Shown here one piece after another: positions 1 to 10,972 of a stretch of DNA of 64,000 bases. The notes beneath the pieces are model-generated. The model was not told the DNA's origin, did not search any database, and saw only the letters and a program-made list of their open reading frames with translations. The DNA lies in the NCBI GenBank assembly GCA_964487565.1, contig CAZARN010000002.1, positions 3,867 to 67,866 of the forward strand, written 5' to 3'. The first letter of the stretch is position 1. Every line of letters starts with the position of its first letter. The position numbers and the translations under genes are program-made. This DNA comes from an uncultured Clostridium sp. Lineage in GTDB: Bacteria > Bacillota > Clostridia > Christensenellales > CAG-138.

Positions 1-1646
<1,646 letters not shown>

Positions 1647-1652
1647 TCAGCT

Positions 1653-4600
1653 TCAGTCTTCTTCGCCGTCATCGCCGTCTTTGCCGTTCTTGGCTTTTTC
1701 GGCTTCTTCGTCAAGGCTCTCATCGAAATCGGAGAAATCATCGTCGAGGTCATCGCCCTCTTCTTCGCTTTCACCGTCTTCATCGGCGTCAAACTCCGAG
1801 AAGTCGGGCAGCGACATGCTGGGCGTGACCGGAGGCGCATCCTCCGTGCCGGAGATGTTGAGATCAAGCGACGGACGGTCGTCCTCATCTATCATCTCGC
1901 CGATCTGTATCTCCTCATGGGTGTCGCTCAGCACCTTCACATCAAGGCACAGGGACTGCAGCTCCTTTATGAGCACCTTGAAGGATTCCGGCACGCCCGG
2001 TTCGGGCACGTTTTCGCCCTTCACGATGGCTTCATAGGTCTTCACACGGCCGACCACATCGTCCGACTTGACGGTGAGGATCTCCTGGAGCGTGTTGGCT
2101 GCGCCGTATGCTTCAAGCGCCCAAACCTCCATCTCGCCGAATCGCTGACCGCCGAACTGGGCTTTGCCGCCGAGCGGCTGCTGTGTGACAAGCGAGTACG
2201 GGCCTGTGGAGCGCGCATGGATCTTGTCGTCCACAAGGTGATGCAGCTTGAGATAATACATGTATCCGACGGAGACGCGGTTCTCGAACGGTTCGCCCGT
2301 GCGGCCGTCGAAAAGCTGTGTTTTGCCGTCCGGATCCCTGCCCGCGTCAACGAGCAGATCCTTGATATCCTTTTCGGTCGCGCCGTCGAAAACCGGCGTC
2401 GCGATCTTCCATCCCATCGATTTCGCCGCCATGCCCAAATGCAGCTCGAGCACCTGACCGATGTTCATTCGGCTCGGCACGCCGAGCGGGTTAAGCACGA
2501 TCTGCAACGGCGTTCCGTCCGGCAGGAAAGGCATATCCTCTTCAGGCAGTATGCGGGAAATGACGCCCTTGTTGCCGTGACGGCCGGCCATCTTGTCGCC
2601 GACGGAGATTTTGCGCTTCTGCGCGATATAAACGCGCACAAGCTCGTTCACGCCCGGTGAAAGCTCATCCTTGTTCTCGCGCGTGAATACCTTAACATCA
2701 ACGATAATGCCGCCTTCACCGTGGGGAACCTTGAGGGAGGTATCGCGCACCTCGCGCGCCTTCTCGCCGAATATGGCGCGAAGCAGTCTTTCCTCGGCCG
2801 TCAGCTCCTGTTCGCCCTTCGGTGTGACCTTTCCGACGAGTATATCGCCCGAGCGCACCTCCGCGCCTATGCGGATTATGCCGCGCTCGTCAAGATCGGA
2901 AAGCGCGTCCTCGCCGACGTTCGGGATATCGCGGGTGATCTCTTCCTTGCCAAGCTTCGTGTCGCGCGCTTCGGTCTCATGCTCCTCGATGTGGATCGAG
3001 GTGTAAACATCCTCTTTGACAAGCTTTTCGCTGATGAGGACCGCGTCCTCGTAGTTATAGCCTTCCCAAGGCATGAAGCCGATGAGTATGTTGCGGCCGA
3101 GCGCGATCTCGCCGTGTTCGGTCGACGCGCCGTCCGCGAGAACGTCGCCCTTCTTCACAACGTCGCCGACGTGAACGATCGGGCGCTGGTTTATGCAGGT
3201 CCCCTGGTTGGAACGCTTGAACTTTATGAGTTTGTATGTGTGACGCACGCCGTCCATGCTTTCGTTCACGACGCGGTCGGCCGACACGGCGACGATCTTG
3301 CCGTCCTCATGCGCGACAACGACAACGCCGGAGTCATGCGCGGCCTTGTATTCCATACCGGTTCCGACGATAGGCGCTTCCGGCATGAGAAGAGGCACGG
3401 CCTGACGCTGCATGTTCGAGCCCATGAGGGCGCGGTTCGCGTCGTCGTTTTCGAGGAAGGGGATCATGGCTGTCGCCACGGAAACGAGCTGTTTGGGCGA
3501 AACATCCATGTACTCTATCTCGGTGTTCTTAACTTCGACGATCTGATCGAGCCTTCTCGCGACGACCCTTTCCTTTTTGAACCAGATCTTGCCGTCTTTC
3601 TCCTCAATCGGCTCGTTTGCCTGCGCGATGATGAAATCGTCCTCTTCGTCCGCGGTGAGGTAAACGATATTTGTGCTTATCGTGTGCTCAACGCCGTTGA
3701 CAACGCGATACGGCGCCTCGATGAAGCCGTATTTATTGATGCGCGCATATGTGGAAAGCGAGTTGATAAGGCCTATGTTCGGGCCTTCAGGCGTTTCGAT
3801 CGGGCACATGCGGCCGTAATGCGAATAATGCACGTCTCGCACTTCAAACGTCGCGCGATCCCTGTTGAGACCGCCGGGGCCGAGTGCCGAAAGACGGCGC
3901 TTATGCGTAAGCTCCGCAAGGGGGTTGGTCTGATCCATGAACTGCGAAAGCTGTGATGAACCGAAAAACTCCTTTATGGCCGCCGTGACAGGGCGGATGT
4001 TGATGAGGTTGCTCGGCATTGCGGTCTCCATATCCTGGAGGCTCATGCGCTCGCGCACCACGCGCTCAAGTCTGGTCATGCCGACGCGGATCTGATTCTG
4101 CAAAAGCTCGCCGACGCTTCTTATGCGGCGGTTGCCCAGATGATCGATATCATCCGTTCTGCCGATGCCGTAATTCATGCCCATGAGGTAGCTCACTGAG
4201 GCCACGATATCATCCGGCACGATATGGCGCGGGATGAGATCGTAAACATGGCTCTTGAGAAGGGCCTTGAGGCCTTCCTCGTCAAGCTCGCGTCCTTCGT
4301 CAAGGAGCTGTATGAGCGTCGGATAATGCACCTTCTCGTTTATTCCGCAGCTTTCCGGATTGAACGGGAGGAATTCCTTCGCATCGACAAACATGTTGCC
4401 GATGACCTTTATCTTCTTGTCTTCAACGGCGATATAGATGCCGCGGGTGCCGCTGTTCTCGATCTTCTTGGCGTTCTCGCGGGTTATGCTCTTGCCTTCC
4501 TCAGCAAGGATCTCGCCGGTCGTCTTGTCGATGAAGTTCTCCGCCGCGATATGGCCCGCGATGCGGGATGCGAGCGAGAGCTTTTTGTTGAATTTATAAC

Positions 4601-5411
4601 GGCCCACGCGCGCGAGATCATATCTCTTGTCAAAGAAGAGCGCGTTGAGAAGGCTCCTTGCGCTTTCCTCCGTCGGCGGCTCGCCGGGGCGCTGGCGCTT
4701 GTATATCTCGATGAGGCCGTCCTCGACGGACTTCGTGTTATCCTTGTCGAGGGTGTTGAGCAGGCGTTCTTCCTCGCCGAGCAGGTCGATTATTTCCGCG
4801 TTCGTGCCATAACCGAGCGCGCGCAGAAGCGCCGTCACAAACACCTTGCGCTGACGGTCGATCTTAACATACAGTATCTCGTTCGAGTCAGTTTCATACT
4901 CCAGCCACGCGCCGCGGTTCGGGATCACCTGAGCGGAATACAGATGCTTGCCCAGCTTGTCTATCGCGCCGGAAAAGTATACGCCGGGCGAGCGGACGAG
5001 CTGACTTACGATGACGCGCTCCGCACCGTTGATGATGAAGGTGCCCTGCTCCGTCATGAGCGGGAAATCGCCCATGAACACAGGCTGTTCCTTCACCTCT
5101 CCGGTTTCCTTATTTATAAGACGCACCACCACGCGCAGCGGCGCACAGTAGTTGACGTCTCTTTCCTTGCACTCTTCGACGGAGTATTTGGGATGGTCGA
5201 AATCAATGCTGTAATCGACGAACTCGAGTACCAATTTCTCGGAATAATCCGTAATCGGCGAGATGTCCGCCAAAACCTCCCGCAGATCCTCATCGACAAA
5301 ACGCTGATAGGAATTCTTTTGAACCTCTATCAGATCCGGCATGTCGAGGACCTCGTTGATACGGGAGAAACTCATGCGTTTCGTTGTGCCCATTTGCACT
5401 TCATGTACCAT
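1653..5411 (-). CDS. rpoB: DNA-directed RNA polymerase subunit beta, with an acidic C-terminal tail
   Basis: ORF 1653..5528. Start trimmed to ATG 5411 ([31 protein letters not shown]), which has AGAGGAG upstream. Conserved beta blocks present: [34 protein letters not shown]. The last ~80 aa are D/E-rich. Confidence 0.97.
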   Translation of the reverse strand: MVHEVQMGTTKRMSFSRINEVLDMPDLIEVQKNSYQRFVDEDLREVLADISPITDYSEKLVLEFVDYSIDFDHPKYSVEECKERDVNYCAPLRVVVRLINKETGEVKEQPVFMGDFPLMTEQGTFIINGAERVIVSQLVRSPGVYFSGAIDKLGKHLYSAQVIPNRGAWLEYETDSNEILYVKIDRQRKVFVTALLRALGYGTNAEIIDLLGEEERLLNTLDKDNTKSVEDGLIEIYKRQRPGEPPTEESARSLLNALFFDKRYDLARVGRYKFNKKLSLASRIAGHIAAENFIDKTTGEILAEEGKSITRENAKKIENSGTRGIYIAVEDKKIKVIGNMFVDAKEFLPFNPESCGINEKVHYPTLIQLLDEGRELDEEGLKALLKSHVYDLIPRHIVPDDIVASVSYLMGMNYGIGRTDDIDHLGNRRIRSVGELLQNQIRVGMTRLERVVRERMSLQDMETAMPSNLINIRPVTAAIKEFFGSSQLSQFMDQTNPLAELTHKRRLSALGPGGLNRDRATFEVRDVHYSHYGRMCPIETPEGPNIGLINSLSTYARINKYGFIEAPYRVVNGVEHTISTNIVYLTADEEDDFIIAQANEPIEEKDGKIWFKKERVVARRLDQIVEVKNTEIEYMDVSPKQLVSVATAMIPFLENDDANRALMGSNMQRQAVPLLMPEAPIVGTGMEYKAAHDSGVVVVAHEDGKIVAVSADRVVNESMDGVRHTYKLIKFKRSNQGTCINQRPIVHVGDVVKKGDVLADGASTEHGEIALGRNILIGFMPWEGYNYEDAVLISEKLVKEDVYTSIHIEEHETEARDTKLGKEEITRDIPNVGEDALSDLDERGIIRIGAEVRSGDILVGKVTPKGEQELTAEERLLRAIFGEKAREVRDTSLKVPHGEGGIIVDVKVFTRENKDELSPGVNELVRVYIAQKRKISVGDKMAGRHGNKGVISRILPEEDMPFLPDGTPLQIVLNPLGVPSRMNIGQVLELHLGMAAKSMGWKIATPVFDGATEKDIKDLLVDAGRDPDGKTQLFDGRTGEPFENRVSVGYMYYLKLHHLVDDKIHARSTGPYSLVTQQPLGGKAQFGGQRFGEMEVWALEAYGAANTLQEILTVKSDDVVGRVKTYEAIVKGENVPEPGVPESFKVLIKELQSLCLDVKVLSDTHEEIQIGEMIDEDDRPSLDLNISGTEDAPPVTPSMSLPDFSEFDADEDGESEEEGDDLDDDFSDFDESLDEEAEKAKNGKDGDDGEED

Positions 5412-5585
5412 CGCGTTCACTCCTCTATACTTTTTCACCGTTTGCACGGCTTTTTTCCGGCGCGCCATTCCGGCAATAAGCTTCCCCCATTTTTGCATCG
5501 CGCATACCATATGAAGGAAAACCAGCATGATTTTGGTATCTGAAATGCCAAATTGGCACAGATTACCATGCTAACGCAGTATACT

Positions 5586-5614
5586 ATTGTATCATCGCGT
5601 GTCAAGCTTGTCAA
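5586..5614 (-). promoter_or_regulatory. sigma-A type promoter for rpoBC
   Basis: The minus strand reads TTGACA (5614-5609), a 17-nt spacer, then TACAAT (5591-5586). Two more TTGACA hexamers lie within 25 nt (CTTGACAgatcgGTTGACAagcTTGACA). About 170 nt of leader remains before the rpoB ATG. Confidence 0.6.
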
Positions 5615-5655
5615 CCGATCTGTCAAGTATTATTTTATGAAATATTGAGTTGTTG

Positions 5656-5916
5656 TTATTTCGAAGAACCGCTGTATACCCTTCCGGTCCGGAGCTTTCC
5701 TCCGTAAAGCTCGCTCGCGGTCACGAATTTATATCCTTCTTTTACCAACGCCGCGATGATGAGCTCCGCAGCGTCAACGCCGGTCTTTTTTCTGTCATGC
5801 AGAAGTATAATACTGCCTGACGTCACTTTTTTCAATACCTTATCCAACACTTTCCCGGCGCTGGTCGTCGCCCCTTCCCGCGGATCGACGCTCCGAAGCA
5901 CGCGGGCAAGCCCCAT
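5656..5916 (-). pseudogene. Polysaccharide deacetylase (CE4) C-terminal fragment, probably a truncated remnant
   Basis: The 86-aa ORF ...SGSIILLHDRKKTGVDAAELIIAALVKEGYKFVTASEL aligns with the C-terminus of the intact deacetylase at 24618..25358 (EGCVILMHDQQPSTADAMGEIIPALVKAGFRFVTVSQL). No N-terminal TFDDGP/HxxxH part exists. The frame is closed by a stop at 5956-5958. Confidence 0.6.
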
Positions 5917-6011
5917 ATCGCTGAAGCCTGCAAGTATGCGCGCGTTTTTCGAGCCTTAAGTGAATATGCAAGCTTTTGAAACGTTTCAGCCTATATTGTT
6001 TTCACACATTG

Positions 6012-6596
6012 CTATATTTTCACGCACTGCGTCACAAGCGTTGCTCCGTTTATGCGGGAAACCTGCATCCTGAAGCCTTCGCAGTTTTTCACGAGCTTGT
6101 CGGTATAGTTGAGCCGTATATCCGTGAAGCTTTCCATTATCATCATTATGCTTCCGCCGTGCATTACCGAGCCGATTTTTGAAAGCCCGCGTTCCGTGGC
6201 GTCGCGTACCATTGTCAGGAACGCAGCCGTGCAGCGTCTTCTCGCGTCCTCGAAAGTTTCGCCGCCGGGATAACCCTCCCATTCGCCCTGCGCGAGCCAA
6301 TCCGTGTATACTTTGTCCTTTTGCAGCTCGTCATCCGTCCTGCCGTCGAATATGCCGAAGTCCATCTCCCTCAGTCCGCAAAGCTCGCTTTTCTGCGCGT
6401 CCGGCCAGATGATATCCGCCGTTGTGCGCGCGCGCAGCATCGGGCTCGTGTAAACGCGCTCGACACGCGGCAGCACAAGCTTTTTTGAAAGCGCAAGCTC
6501 TACCCCGCAGGAGGCCAGCGGATCATCCTTTCTGCCCAAAAACTCGCGCTTCAGGTTTCCTTCTGCGATCGAGTGGCGTATCATAAAAAGTTCCAT
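6012..6596 (-). CDS. cobC: Histidine phosphatase family protein, likely alpha-ribazole phosphatase
   Basis: N-terminal RH motif (MIRHSIAEGN) of the phosphoglycerate-mutase-like family. It is the last gene of the cobT-cobU-cobS array. Confidence 0.75.
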   Translation of the reverse strand: MELFMIRHSIAEGNLKREFLGRKDDPLASCGVELALSKKLVLPRVERVYTSPMLRARTTADIIWPDAQKSELCGLREMDFGIFDGRTDDELQKDKVYTDWLAQGEWEGYPGGETFEDARRRCTAAFLTMVRDATERGLSKIGSVMHGGSIMMIMESFTDIRLNYTDKLVKNCEGFRMQVSRINGATLVTQCVKI

Positions 6597-6603
6597 TCAG
6601 GCA

Positions 6604-6918
6604 TTATCCTTTCAATTTCTGCGCAATCCCGCACACGACGCGCACGACGCTGTCCGCGCTTTGCGCAATATCGCAGCACAGTCTTCCGACCTCCTCGCGC
6701 CAGAGCCGCTCGAACGCATCCACCGGGACCACGCCGCAGCCCACCTCGTCGAACACGAGCGCGTCATGCGCCGTGAGGACGGCAAGCATATCCTCGTGTG
6801 AGAAACCCGCTTTCATCATGTCGCGCACAGCCTCGTGTGCATCATTCAAAACGTCGTCATACTCCCGCGCGAAACGAACCTTATCCTGACCGGCGGCGCC
6901 GATTATCAAAAGCTTCAT
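6604..6918 (-). CDS. CobU-like protein with an internal deletion and a degenerate P-loop (mini-CobU)
   Basis: 104 aa. The N-terminus MKLLIIGAAGQDK resembles the CobU start, but the Walker A motif is degenerate. The C-terminus VFDEVGCGVVPVDAFERLWREEVGRLCCDIAQSADSVVRVVCGIAQKLKG matches the canonical CobU C-terminal block (NEVGxGIVP...G.P.K.K). The central ~70 aa, including the guanylylation His region, are missing. The start overlaps the cobS stop. Confidence 0.65.
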   Translation of the reverse strand: MKLLIIGAAGQDKVRFAREYDDVLNDAHEAVRDMMKAGFSHEDMLAVLTAHDALVFDEVGCGVVPVDAFERLWREEVGRLCCDIAQSADSVVRVVCGIAQKLKG

Positions 6919-7691
6919 ATTATTCCTCCCAGCGCGCTCCCTGTAACGAACGCCGCAAGCGCCGCAAGCTGTGCCGTTTCAACGAACCAGCCGGCAACGT
7001 CGCCCGTTGTGCCGCCGAAACGCCGGTAGCTCATCACACGGTAAACGATGAACACTGCGATGGCGGCGGCGGCGGCGAATCCGCCCTCAAGCGGCGCGCG
7101 CCAAACCATGAATCCGATGCACGCAAGCGTCCACAGCGCGCAAACGATGCGCACGACTGTCGTATCGGAAGCGTTTTTGAATGACGCGAGAAGTCCCTTC
7201 CCCGTTGCGCTTTTGAACGTCACCACCGCAAACGCCGAAAGCGCGCGCGTCAGCACAGGCACGCACAAAAGTGCGATCAGCGCGTGCGACGAGATATCGA
7301 CCTGCGTCCAAAGCGCGAATGCCACAAGCGTATACGCGGCGCATGAAACGACGGCCGAAACCCCCGCGCGCGAATCCTTCATGATTTCAAGCATGCGCTC
7401 GCGTGAAGCGTTGGAGCCGAGCGCATCCGCCGTGTCGCAAAAGCCGTCCATGTGTATGCCGCCCGACACGGCAAGCGGGATGAGCGACGCGACAGCCGCC
7501 GTGAGCACAGTGCCGAAGTGCACAACGGAGGACACATACAGCCAAAGCATGGTGAACAGCGCAATAAACGCGCCGATCACCGGGAAGAAACACATGGCAT
7601 AAGCCATGTTTTCATCCTTCCACTCCACGCGGGGCGCGGGTATTCTTGAGTACATGGTAAGCGCCATGCAAAGCGAACGCAAAAGCTTCAA
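6915..7691 (-). CDS. cobS: Adenosylcobinamide-GDP ribazoletransferase (cobalamin synthase)
   Basis: 258-aa polytopic membrane protein starting MKLLRSLCMALTMYSRIPAP, with a DGFCDTADAL motif typical of CobS. Lies between cobU and cobC. Confidence 0.9.
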   Translation of the reverse strand: MKLLRSLCMALTMYSRIPAPRVEWKDENMAYAMCFFPVIGAFIALFTMLWLYVSSVVHFGTVLTAAVASLIPLAVSGGIHMDGFCDTADALGSNASRERMLEIMKDSRAGVSAVVSCAAYTLVAFALWTQVDISSHALIALLCVPVLTRALSAFAVVTFKSATGKGLLASFKNASDTTVVRIVCALWTLACIGFMVWRAPLEGGFAAAAAIAVFIVYRVMSYRRFGGTTGDVAGWFVETAQLAALAAFVTGSALGGII

Positions 7692-8227
7692 TGCCGTTTC
7701 CCCCCGTTATCATTTCCTTTGATGCAAAGCGGTATGCCGCAGACCACCTCGTATGCTTCGTCCGCAATATCGGCAATGCCCGCGTTTAGCCGTGCAAGCA
7801 GGGCTATAAATGCGGCCGTACACTCGTCATAATGCGCACCGTCGGCCCCTGTCTCGCATGTCACAACGACCGTCAGCGAAGCGTCGCGCGCGACCGTGCC
7901 GACGCCGCGCATGATCCGCTCATATGCGCCGTCAAAGCCCTCTTCTGTTGAAAAGCACTCGTTCGCGGCGAGATTTGCGATGTCCTCTATCAGGACCGCG
8001 GAATCTTTTTTCACGCGCAGCCGCTCAAGCCCGTGCGGCGCTTCAAGGGTATCGAAGCCCTTGCTCTCGCGCAGCTTCCGGTGCCGCTCGACGCGCAGCA
8101 TATCCTCCGCGTCCCGCACCTCCATGCAGGCGACATATTCACGCGGATAAATGCCGGATCGCGCGATAATGCTTTCTGCATATGCGGATTTTCCGGAGGC
8201 GGCGCCGCCCGTAACGATTATCAGCAT
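7688..8227 (-). CDS. cobU: Bifunctional adenosylcobinamide kinase / adenosylcobinamide-phosphate guanylyltransferase
   Basis: MLIIVTGGAASGKSAYAE Walker A, an ERHR histidine region and an LIEDIANL block. The C-terminal block is divergent (CETGADGAHYD instead of NEVGxGIVP). Confidence 0.85.
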   Translation of the reverse strand: MLIIVTGGAASGKSAYAESIIARSGIYPREYVACMEVRDAEDMLRVERHRKLRESKGFDTLEAPHGLERLRVKKDSAVLIEDIANLAANECFSTEEGFDGAYERIMRGVGTVARDASLTVVVTCETGADGAHYDECTAAFIALLARLNAGIADIADEAYEVVCGIPLCIKGNDNGGKRH

Positions 8228-9282
8228 AGCGGTTTGTAAGCCTCCACCGATATATCTTCAAATGTTCGCATCCCGTTATAAACCGCAAGCGCGAGATCTA
8301 TAAGCGGCAGCAAAGCCACAGCGCCAGTTCCCTCGCCAAGGTGCATGCCTGCGCATATCACCGGCGTAAGCCCCATTTCTTCGATGAGGATATGCGTCGC
8401 AGGCTCGTTTGAAATATGGCTTGCGATGAGAAATTCCCCGCATTCGGGGCAAAGCCTTTCGGCGACGAGCGCCGATGCAAGCGAGATGAACCCGTCAAGG
8501 ATTACCGGCATCCCATACACGCCGCCGCCGATGCAGATCCCGGCGAGGCCCGCTATATCAAGTCCTCCGACCTTGCCGAGCACGTCGAGCGCGTCGCTGC
8601 GTTCAGGCTTGTTGAGCGCGATCGCACGTTCTATCGCGTTTATCTTGCGCGCCAGTCCTTCGCTTGAAAGGCCGGCGCCGCGCCCGGTGACCTCGGCTGC
8701 GTCGCGTCCGGTCAGCACCGCCGTCACCGCGCTTGAGGTGGTCGTGTTGCCTATGCCCATCTCGCCTGTTGCGATGATATTATAGCCTTCATCCTTCGCG
8801 TATTTCACCATATCCATGCCCGTCATGACAGCCCTGAGCGCTTCATCCCTCGTCATTGCGGGCCCGCGCGTCATGTTGTCCGTGCCGCGCCGTATGTTCT
8901 TCTGTCCAGATGCTGGAATATCCACCGGCCGCATCACGCCGATATCAACCGGGATCACATCCGCGTTTGCGGCGCGCGCCATACGGCAGACCGAAGTGTC
9001 CCCCTTTGCAAGGTTCTCCGTCACGATCGCCGTGACCTCCTGCCCCGTCTGCGTCACGCCCTCTGCGACAACGCCGTTGTCCGCGCACATGACGATCACC
9101 GCCCGGCGCGAAACATCCACATCCGCCGTGCGCGATATGCCGGCGATGCGCGTCACGATATCCTCGAGTACGCCCAGACTGCCCAGGGGCTTGGCGATGC
9201 TGTCCCAGCGGCGTTTCGCGGCCGCTGCCGCTTCGCGCGAAGGAGGGGTCATGCTTTTCAATATTGATCCCGTCCGTTCCAT
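8221..9282 (-). CDS. cobT: Nicotinate-nucleotide--dimethylbenzimidazole phosphoribosyltransferase
   Basis: 353 aa with the GEMGIGNTTTSSAV signature and full-length CobT-like organisation. Confidence 0.93.
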   Translation of the reverse strand: MERTGSILKSMTPPSREAAAAAKRRWDSIAKPLGSLGVLEDIVTRIAGISRTADVDVSRRAVIVMCADNGVVAEGVTQTGQEVTAIVTENLAKGDTSVCRMARAANADVIPVDIGVMRPVDIPASGQKNIRRGTDNMTRGPAMTRDEALRAVMTGMDMVKYAKDEGYNIIATGEMGIGNTTTSSAVTAVLTGRDAAEVTGRGAGLSSEGLARKINAIERAIALNKPERSDALDVLGKVGGLDIAGLAGICIGGGVYGMPVILDGFISLASALVAERLCPECGEFLIASHISNEPATHILIEEMGLTPVICAGMHLGEGTGAVALLPLIDLALAVYNGMRTFEDISVEAYKPLC

Positions 9283-9283
9283 C

Positions 9284-9985
9284 TCAGTCCGCCTTCACAC
9301 GGTAGCCCGCCGCCGCGACCGCGGCGCGCGCCAGCACGAGGGTCGGATCAATCGCGGGATAATCAAGCTGATAATCTTCAAAAGCGATCGGAAGCTCCGT
9401 GCAGCCGAGCACGAATGCCGAAGCGCCCTGCAACATGAGCCTGTCGAGCGTCCTTCGTATCGCGGCCGTGTTATAATCGCGTTTGCCGGCCTTTACGCCC
9501 GAGTATATCATGTCCACCACGGCGGCCTGAGCGTCGCGTTCCGGCGTGATATATGATATGCCTTCTTCATCGAAAAGCTTTGAATATATGCCCGTTTGTA
9601 TCGTTCCGTCCGTCGCGAGCAAAGCGACCTTGCCTATGCCGCGGCGTTTGATCTCGCCCGCCGTCAGGCGCAGCATGTGCAGGATAGGAAGCGACGTCGC
9701 CTTTCTCAGCGCATCGTAATAAAAATGCGCTGTGTTGCACGGCATCATCAATATGTCGGCGCCCGCTCTCTCGAGCCGCCCGGCGCATTTTTCAAGTTCA
9801 GGCAACGCGGAAGGCCCGCGGCCGAGTATCGACGCAGTCCTGTCCGGTATCGCCGGATCCGAATCTATGAGCACATGGATATGCTCCGCATCGCACGAAG
9901 CGTCCGTTGCGTCAACGATCTTTCTATAAAGATCGGCGGTGGCCATTGGACCCATACCGCCGATTATACCAAGAGTTTTTTTCAT
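9284..9985 (-). CDS. Aspartate/glutamate racemase family protein
   Basis: MKKTLGIIGGMGPMATADLY N-terminus and two catalytic Cys motifs (MPCNTAH, LGCTELP). The stop lies 1 nt before the cobT start. Confidence 0.88.
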   Translation of the reverse strand: MKKTLGIIGGMGPMATADLYRKIVDATDASCDAEHIHVLIDSDPAIPDRTASILGRGPSALPELEKCAGRLERAGADILMMPCNTAHFYYDALRKATSLPILHMLRLTAGEIKRRGIGKVALLATDGTIQTGIYSKLFDEEGISYITPERDAQAAVVDMIYSGVKAGKRDYNTAAIRRTLDRLMLQGASAFVLGCTELPIAFEDYQLDYPAIDPTLVLARAAVAAAGYRVKAD

Positions 9986-9991
9986 TGTTTG

Positions 9992-10972
9992 TTATGCCTT
10001 TACCGTTTTCACGGGGTCTATCGCAAACACGGAAGCGATCCCGCCGCTGAAGAGGAACGCGACATTCTCGTTTTTGTCTATCTCGCCGCTCCTTACCATT
10101 GAAACGAGGCCCGCGAAGGTTTTGCCCGTATAGACCGGATCGAGTATAAGCCCCTCCGTGCGCGCCATAAGACGGATCGCCTCAAGCCCCTCGTCCGAGG
10201 GAAGCGCGTAACCCGCGCCGTAGCAGCGGCGCACGTCAACGTTCCCGGCGCTGATGTGTATGTCCTCGCCGATAAGCTCCGCCGCGCCGTTCACAAGCTC
10301 CGCCACGATCTCTTCAAACGGATCGTCGCACACGGCGATGCCCGTCACGCGGCAACCGTCGCCGTAGAGCATTGCCCCCAGCACAAGCCCCGCCATCGTG
10401 CCGCCGCTTCCCGCGGTGCAGATGATCCTGTCAAGCTTCACGCCGGTTTTTTTCGCCTCGTCAAAAATCTCCCGGGCGCAGTCGACATAGCCCAGCGTGC
10501 CCAGCGGCACGCTTCCGCCGACCGGAACATGATACGGTTTTCTGCCCGCCGCGCGCAACTCATCCTCGATGCGGTGCATTTCAACATACACGTCGTCATA
10601 GCTGTCGGTATCGACAAAGCGCACCTCCGTGCCGAGAAGCTCGTTGACGAGCAGGTTCCCTTCACGTCCGATAACGCCGCGCTTTTTGAGCACGAGCATG
10701 GAGTCGAGACCCAGCATATTGCAGCACGCGGCCGTGAGCATTGCATGGTTTGACTGCGCGCCGCCGGTCGTGAGCACGATGTCGCAGCCCTTCTGCTTTG
10801 CGTCATAAAGGAGGTATTCAAGCTTTCTGACCTTGTTGCCGCCCGTGCTCACGCCCGTGAGATCGTCTCTTTTTATATAGATCGAAGGCCCAAGCTCGCG
10901 GCTCATGTTATTGAGCCTGTAAAACGGCGTGGGCAATTGACCCAGATGCAGCTTTTTGACCTCTTTCTTCAT
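9992..10972 (-). CDS. PLP-dependent D-cysteine desulfhydrase / ACC deaminase family protein
   Basis: GGNKVRKLEYLL signature and GGAQSNH. Start moved to the second ATG (10972, MKKEVKK), 7 nt after AAGGAGGA. It forms a TAATG overlap with the upstream stop. Confidence 0.85.
   Translation of the reverse strand: MKKEVKKLHLGQLPTPFYRLNNMSRELGPSIYIKRDDLTGVSTGGNKVRKLEYLLYDAKQKGCDIVLTTGGAQSNHAMLTAACCNMLGLDSMLVLKKRGVIGREGNLLVNELLGTEVRFVDTDSYDDVYVEMHRIEDELRAAGRKPYHVPVGGSVPLGTLGYVDCAREIFDEAKKTGVKLDRIICTAGSGGTMAGLVLGAMLYGDGCRVTGIAVCDDPFEEIVAELVNGAAELIGEDIHISAGNVDVRRCYGAGYALPSDEGLEAIRLMARTEGLILDPVYTGKTFAGLVSMVRSGEIDKNENVAFLFSGGIASVFAIDPVKTVKA

Noticed and set aside
5412-5528. N-terminal extensions in the ORF track (rpoB to 5528, M42 to 17343, S58 to 14813, trpB2 from 23089, ansA to 30165, VanW from 53290, and others)
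   Set aside because: In each case an internal ATG/GTG/TTG with a proper Shine-Dalgarno sequence coincides with the start of family homology. The upstream codons run through promoters, leaders or neighbouring genes.
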